Assembly (NCBI GenBank): GCA_029717555.1
Contig: JAMDHS010000084.1
Coordinates: 62,001 to 89,402, forward strand
Reading direction: 5' to 3'
Length of the DNA: 27,402 nucleotides
Origin: Peribolospora baueri
Lineage: Eukaryota
In this document: piece by piece, positions 22,501 through 27,402 of the stretch
Position numbering within the stretch: position 1 is the stretch's first letter
Layout of the letters: the number at the start of each line of letters is the position of its first letter
Translations under genes and position numbers: made by a program
Notes under the pieces: model-generated
The model's database searches: none
Seen by the model: only the letters and a program-made list of their open reading frames with translations
Told to the model about the DNA's origin: nothing

Positions 22501-25500
22501 CCACTTGCGCAGCCAAGCGCTCTCCCCGATATCGGCGGCGCGGGAGATGAGGAAGAGAAAGATGAGGAGGAGCCAGTAGACGGCGCAGAGGGCGACGGTG
22601 GGGTAGACGGCGTTGAAGTAGAGCGCGTACGCCTTGGAGGCGACCGCACCCTGGGCGTACTCCTCCTCCTCGACGAGCTTTGCCTTTTGTTTCTTCTTCT
22701 GCGCTTCTTCCTCCTCGTTCGCCGGCCCGTCCAGCTGCTCGACCGTCGGCGGCGGCGGCGCGGGCTCCTCCGCCCCCGGACGGAAGGTGCCACCGCCTGA
22801 GAAGGGCACGGCGTCGGCGTCGGTGTCGGCCGGAGGCGGAGGCGCATCATTGACGATGGGTTGCTTGCTCGGGTGGCGGGCCGTGTCGTCGGCGAGCACC
22901 TCATCGGCGAACAAGCCGCGAGCCTTTATCTCCTCCGGCGTCCCCGCAGCGACCACTCTGCCTTCGTCCATGGCGACCACAAAGGCGGCACCGGGCAGGC
23001 ACAAGCCGACGGCGTGAGTGACGAGGATGATCGTCCTGCCTTTCGCCAGCGGGCCCTTGAGGAAGTTTTCGTACAAGAATTGTGCGGTGTGGGCGTCGAC
23101 GGCGCTGAGGGCGTCGTCTATGAGCAAGTGGCGAGCGCTGCTGTACAGGGCGCGGGCGAGGGCGATGCGGGCGCGCTGCCCGCCGGAGCAGGCTGTGCCC
23201 TTCTCTCCAACCTCGGTCTCGTCGCCGTTCTCGAACACCTTGAGGTCCGGCTCGAGGGCGCAGGCGTGGAGGACGGCTTTGTAGCGGTCCTCGTTCCACG
23301 GCGAGCCAAAGACAATGTTTTCCTTGACGGTCGTGCCGAGGAGCCAAGCGGACTGTGAACAGTAAGCCACCGTCTCCTTGAGGCCCGTCTTAGGATCCGC
23401 GGGTTCGAGCTGGCGCGACACGACGCAGGGCATAAAGGTGCGTCCGCGGAGCTGACGGATCTCGCCGAGGAGACCCATGAGGAGCGAAGTCTTGCCGCTG
23501 CCGACTGGTCCGGCGACGATGCTCAACTGGCCGACGGGGAACGAGAGGTTGAGGTCACGGAGCATGAACGTCTCTCCGTCGTCGACGTCCGCGTCGGCGT
23601 CGTCGGCGTAGCAGAACGTGGCGTCGCGGAAGCCGATGACCGGCTGACCGGGGTCAAGATCTGAATCGTCCATTTGACGCTGCAGCTGAGTGTACTTTTC
23701 TGTCTCAGGTTCGCGAAGGAACTTGTCAATTCGGTTGACGGAGACGAGCTACGGGCGGAACGGGGAGTTCAGTCAAGTCAGTCCGGGCGACTGCATACGA
23801 CCGGCAGATCGACGGAGGGAAGGGAACGTACGGCGCTCAACGTCGAGACGATCTCTTCCGTGAAGGTATCGAGCGGCGAGCGAATGGTCTGGAAGAGAGC
23901 GAGGGCCGTGAAAGCGACCTCAGCGGGCAAAGGGCGATGGAAGACCTTGGTGTGAAAGGCGAACGTGACGACGGTAGCGACGACCGGTGTTCCGAACAGA
24001 GTGATGCCGTTGAGCTGGCGAGGCGATGCGAGGCGATTCGATTCCACGAGACCATGATCGCGTGAGTTATGCTCGCAGACGACGCATCCGCCTCCGTTAA
24101 GAGGGAGAAACGAAAGGGGTAAAAAAAGTAGCTCACCAACCACAACATAAAGCGGCGACGAAGAATATCAAGCTCCTTGCGTCGAGTCTCGTTCATGCGC
24201 TTATAAAAGCTCTCCTCCCACGAGAAGAACTGCACGGCGACGAGACGAGACGAGGAAGGGAAGGTAGGATGAGAAAGACAGACAGACTGACAAACTGACA
24301 CAACGACGTCTCACCTTGACGGTCTTGATCGCGTTCAACACCTCAGTAGCGACGGCCAACCTCTGGTCAGTTGCGGCGAGGAGGTCGTCCTGGATGTGCA
24401 CAAACTTGCGAGCGTTGATCATCTGCACGGGCAAGCTGAGCAGTAAGATGACCAAGCCGGCGATGGCGGACCAGCCGAGGAGGCCGGTGAGGAAGATGAT
24501 GCAAAGGGAGATGGTCAAGGGACAGGAGGGGAAGAGGAAGTGTAGGTCTGTTCGAGCGAGATGCGATGGAAAACGGGGAGATGGAGATGAGAGGTCCGCC
24601 CCGTCCAAAGAGCTTTCCGGCGGCGTCCACACTCACACGCCGCGACTTCACTGGCTTCGAACGTGTCCACCGCTGTGAGGTTGACGACTCGGCCGTCCGT
24701 TGCTCTGCCGTCCTCGCCCTCGTCCTCGCCTTCGCCTTTGCCCGCGGCGGCCTTCTTGCCGCTGACGGAGTCGTCGTCGCCGTTGGGATCGGGCGTCTGA
24801 GCGCGGGAGGATTTGCGCTTGTTCGATCCGACGTCCTTCCTCCTGAGCGCCTTGGTGACGATCTCAGTGATGAGGATGGCCCTGAGGCGGATGCAGATGC
24901 GCCTTCCTATCCAGAGCGCCTGCGAGGCGGAAACGGAACGAAAACAGACGCCAAGGAACATGCCGGCGACGTAGAGCAGAGCCATGTGCAGCGGGGGAGC
25001 GTCTTCGCTGGACCGGCTGCGTTGGGCGATGTATTGGAGGATGAGACGGAGGAAGAAGGGAGAAGAGAGGATGAAGACTGAGCGCGGGGCGGACAGAAAA
25101 GCATGGGTCAGCTGATGAGGAACCTGGCCTGGCGGCGCGCATGGACGAGTTCGAAATACCTCGTCCTCTTCGGCTCCCCGTCCCCCTCCGCCGCTACTCA
25201 CTGGCATCACAGGCGGACCAAACGAACTGGGCGACGAGGTCCCACTGGAAATGCCTGAGGAGCCGGATGCTGAGTTTGTCGTCGCTCGGTTCCAGCGCCT
25301 CCACCTCGTCCTCCAAGGTATCCGGCTCCGTGTCGGCACCAACACCGTCCGTCTTCGAAGAACGCTGATGACGTCTCCTCCTCTTGCTGCTTTGGGATCG
25401 GAAAGCGGCGAGGACGGCGGCGGCGCGGTCGTCGACCCTGAGATCGGGCACGGTCTCGAAGGAGAACGGGGTGCGATAGCGTAAGAGCACCTCGGGCGTC

Positions 25501-26624
25501 ACGAAGCCGAACAAGGCGCGAGACCACATGCTCGCCGGCTCTTCGGGCGTGGGCGGAAAGACGACCTTGGAGACGGGCTGGACGGTCACGTCGACCTCTG
25601 CGGACGGCTCCACAGCGACGGGCTCGGTTTCGCCAGGAGGGGGAGTGGGAAGGGCGCTGGTGCCGGGCGTCGGCTTGGTGGGAGCATCGTCGGGGAAGAC
25701 GACGTTCTCGTGGAGCGCGCGCAGGTGCCTGGGGAGGCGGGTGGAGAAGGGAAAGAAGTAGGTAGGGACGACGATGACGGTGGCGAAGACGGCTTGGACG
25801 GCGGCGAGGGTGAGGACGGCCTGAGGGGCGGAGGAGCGGTTGAGGACGGCGGTGCGGAGGTTGGAGAGGGCGATGAGCCAGTAGAGAGTGAAGATGGGCG
25901 CCTTGTGCCGGAAGAGGGAGTGGGAGGTGGTGAGGGTGTACGCGCAGAGGAGGGAGGTGTACAGCTGGGGGGGGTGGACGTCGAGGGAAGAAGGGTCGGA
26001 GGTCAGCGGGCGAAAGGGAGGTGAAGCGAGGGCGCGGGCGCTCACCCAAAGCATTGCCCAGGCGAACGCTGATAGGGAACTCTGGTAGCCCATGGCCCAT
26101 GCAGCGAAGTGGGTTGCGGCGAGTCCGATGCTGGCGAGGACCTCTATGGCGCGCTTGGCGACGTAATACCGCCTAACCCTCCTCTGGACGTCGCCGGCCT
26201 CTCTGAGCGGGGTGGCGACGGTCTCCTGGATGATGACCGCATTCTCGGCCTTGAAGACGGCGAGTGCGGCGCGGGAGGTGGTGGAGAGAATTGGGGCGAC
26301 GGGAACGGAGGGGCGCACGCGGACTTGGGTCGTGTCGGCGGGGGGCAGAACGACGCGGTCTAGCTTGGAGGGGCGGGAGGGGAAAAGAGAAGGGGCGAAG
26401 GTGACAAGGAGGACGAGGAGGGAAGCGGCGAGGAGGAGGAGGGGAAGGGCGGTGTTCAAGATGCTGGCGAGGAGAAGGGCGAGCGTTTGCGGTCAATCGC
26501 ACCGTCGAACGCGCACCCCGCCTTGCAAGGTAAGCAGGGCAATCAGCAGCGACTCTCACCTCGTGCGGAAGCAGTCCCCCCAATCCTCGTCGTCCCATAC
26601 GATCGCGCAGGATGAAGCGGTCAT
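19554..26624 (-). CDS. Full-length ABCC/MRP-family ABC transporter (Ybt1/Bpt1/Ycf1-like, ~1778 aa); 18 exons: 26624-26560, 26463-26046, 25964-25202, 25077-24637, 24547-24315, 24229-24137, 24014-23832, 23748-22300, 22200-22088, 21977-21633, 21503-21454, 21314-21166, 21072-21041, 20967-20227, 20129-20040, 19910-19908, 19816-19728, 19633-19554
   Basis: N-terminal TM extension (C..VWD..D..CF) and TMD1 (KFFSWE), then NBD1 (GPVGSGKTS, CSGGQRARIALARA, LLIDDALSAVDAH). TMD2 has FDKTPVGRIMNRLTKD, RDLKRIESVARSP and ELNMNSVER; NBD2 has GRTGSGKST, FSTGQKQL, LDESTANLD and IAHRL. Exons sum to 5337 nt with no internal stop. Confidence 0.95.
19908..19910 (-). other. Putative 3-nt micro-exon (CGA) of the ABC transporter
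   Basis: Minus strand reads ...tttttggctgtttCAG|CGA|GTGAGTgg. Inclusion gives HRLRTVIDYDRILVLDKG. Confidence 0.8.
20398..20532 (-). repeat. Coding repeats in NBD2 insert: 12-nt unit encoding (AASR)n, followed by poly-Glu
   Basis: Translation ATPAASRAASRAASRAASRSASRAASRTPSIIEGQTGGEEEEEEEEEE. Confidence 0.9.
21335..21361 (+). repeat. A27 homopolymer (T27 on the transcribed strand) inside ABC transporter intron 11
   Basis: Read directly; lies about 20 nt upstream of the CAG acceptor at 21317-21315. Confidence 0.9.
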
Positions 26625-26882
26625 CCTGATTTGTTCTCGTCTCGTTCCTGTTCGCGCCCAGCGTCGTTGTCGTTGTCGTTGTCGAAGCGGCGGAATGGAG
26701 GAGGATTGAGACGTCTACGCGAACCGATTCGATCTCGATTCGAATCGCCTCCGGTCCGGGTCCGGGTCCGGCGTGTCCGGTGAACGTGTTGTGTAGTGTT
26801 GTGTTGTGTTTTGTTCGGTAGGTCTACTTGCTGTGCTTGGAGGAGAGGAAGAGGGAAATGGGGTTAAAGAAGGGGAGAGAAG

Positions 26883-26906
26883 GAAGAAGAAGAAGAAGAA
26901 GAAGAA
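26883..26906 (+). repeat. (GAA)8 microsatellite; (TTC)n pyrimidine tract upstream of the ABC transporter gene
   Basis: Read directly; about 260 nt upstream of the ATG at 26624. Confidence 0.9.
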
Positions 26907-27402
26907 ATGGAAGAGGCTTTAAGAAGATCGAATCGCGAGCCGACCGGCCTGCCTCCATGCGCGCGTCCAGCCTGGCCCGCCCCCCCTGGCGATGATGGCC
27001 GGCTGACTCGACGGCCCGACTGGGTGGCCCAAGCACGTGTCCGCTGCAGCTGCCGTTGCCCTCGCCTTATCATACCGTCCTACCAACGCTAACCTTGCCG
27101 CGCCGGCGGTTAGGGACAACGCGGGCTGAGCATGTGTGCATCGGCCAAGCCAGCCAAAGCCTGGCCAGGTGAGATGGGTGACTCGACGACGAACCCTGTG
27201 CGCCGCCCGAGGTTATTCCAATTCCATTTCCGTGAATAAAAAACCTTATTTAAGAAAGTAGTCATTTCCAGTGAGAGCATCCTAATTCTTTGCAAGAACG
27301 CAGGAAGATCGTCCTTGGCTTGTCATCACCCAGGGATATCGTCTTCCCAGGGGTATCGTCTGAGTGTTTACTTGTCACTTGCTCTGGCCTGCTCCAGGAC
27401 GT

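Noticed and set aside
23100..23200. Non-canonical NBD1 motifs (CSGGQ; Walker B LLIDD)
   Set aside because: Asp in place of the catalytic Glu in NBD1 is normal for ABCC transporters, and first-position variation of the signature is minor; not evidence of a pseudogene.

Overview
GC-rich, microsatellite-rich, intron-dense eukaryotic DNA, most consistent with a basidiomycete fungus (GTGAGT/GTACGT-type donors, CTRAC-type branch points, YAG acceptors, introns about 80-190 nt). The ORF track is mostly exon fragments and shadow ORFs, so gene models were spliced by hand. Seven protein-coding genes are supported: (1) the 5' part of an SRPK/Sky1 kinase (minus, runs off the left edge); (2) a ~1350-1430 aa low-complexity protein (minus, 2 exons); (3) a ~671 aa 4-TM protein of unknown function (plus, 5 exons); (4) an 11-exon ARL5-type small GTPase, 180 aa, largely invisible to the ORF track (minus); (5) a GPALPP1/DUF3752 protein, head-to-head with ARL5, carrying a long charged/poly-His insert (plus, 6 exons); (6) a ~738 aa fungal hypothetical protein (plus, 3 exons); (7) a full-length ~1778 aa ABCC/MRP transporter (minus, 18 exons). 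The most striking signals are splicing-related: a probable 3-nt micro-exon in the ABC transporter, and five exons of 14-29 nt plus an AAG acceptor in ARL5. I see no mobile element, RNA gene, CRISPR array or biosynthetic cluster, and cannot support a claim of a new multi-gene system. This looks like an ordinary housekeeping region with unusual gene architecture and three poorly characterised proteins.
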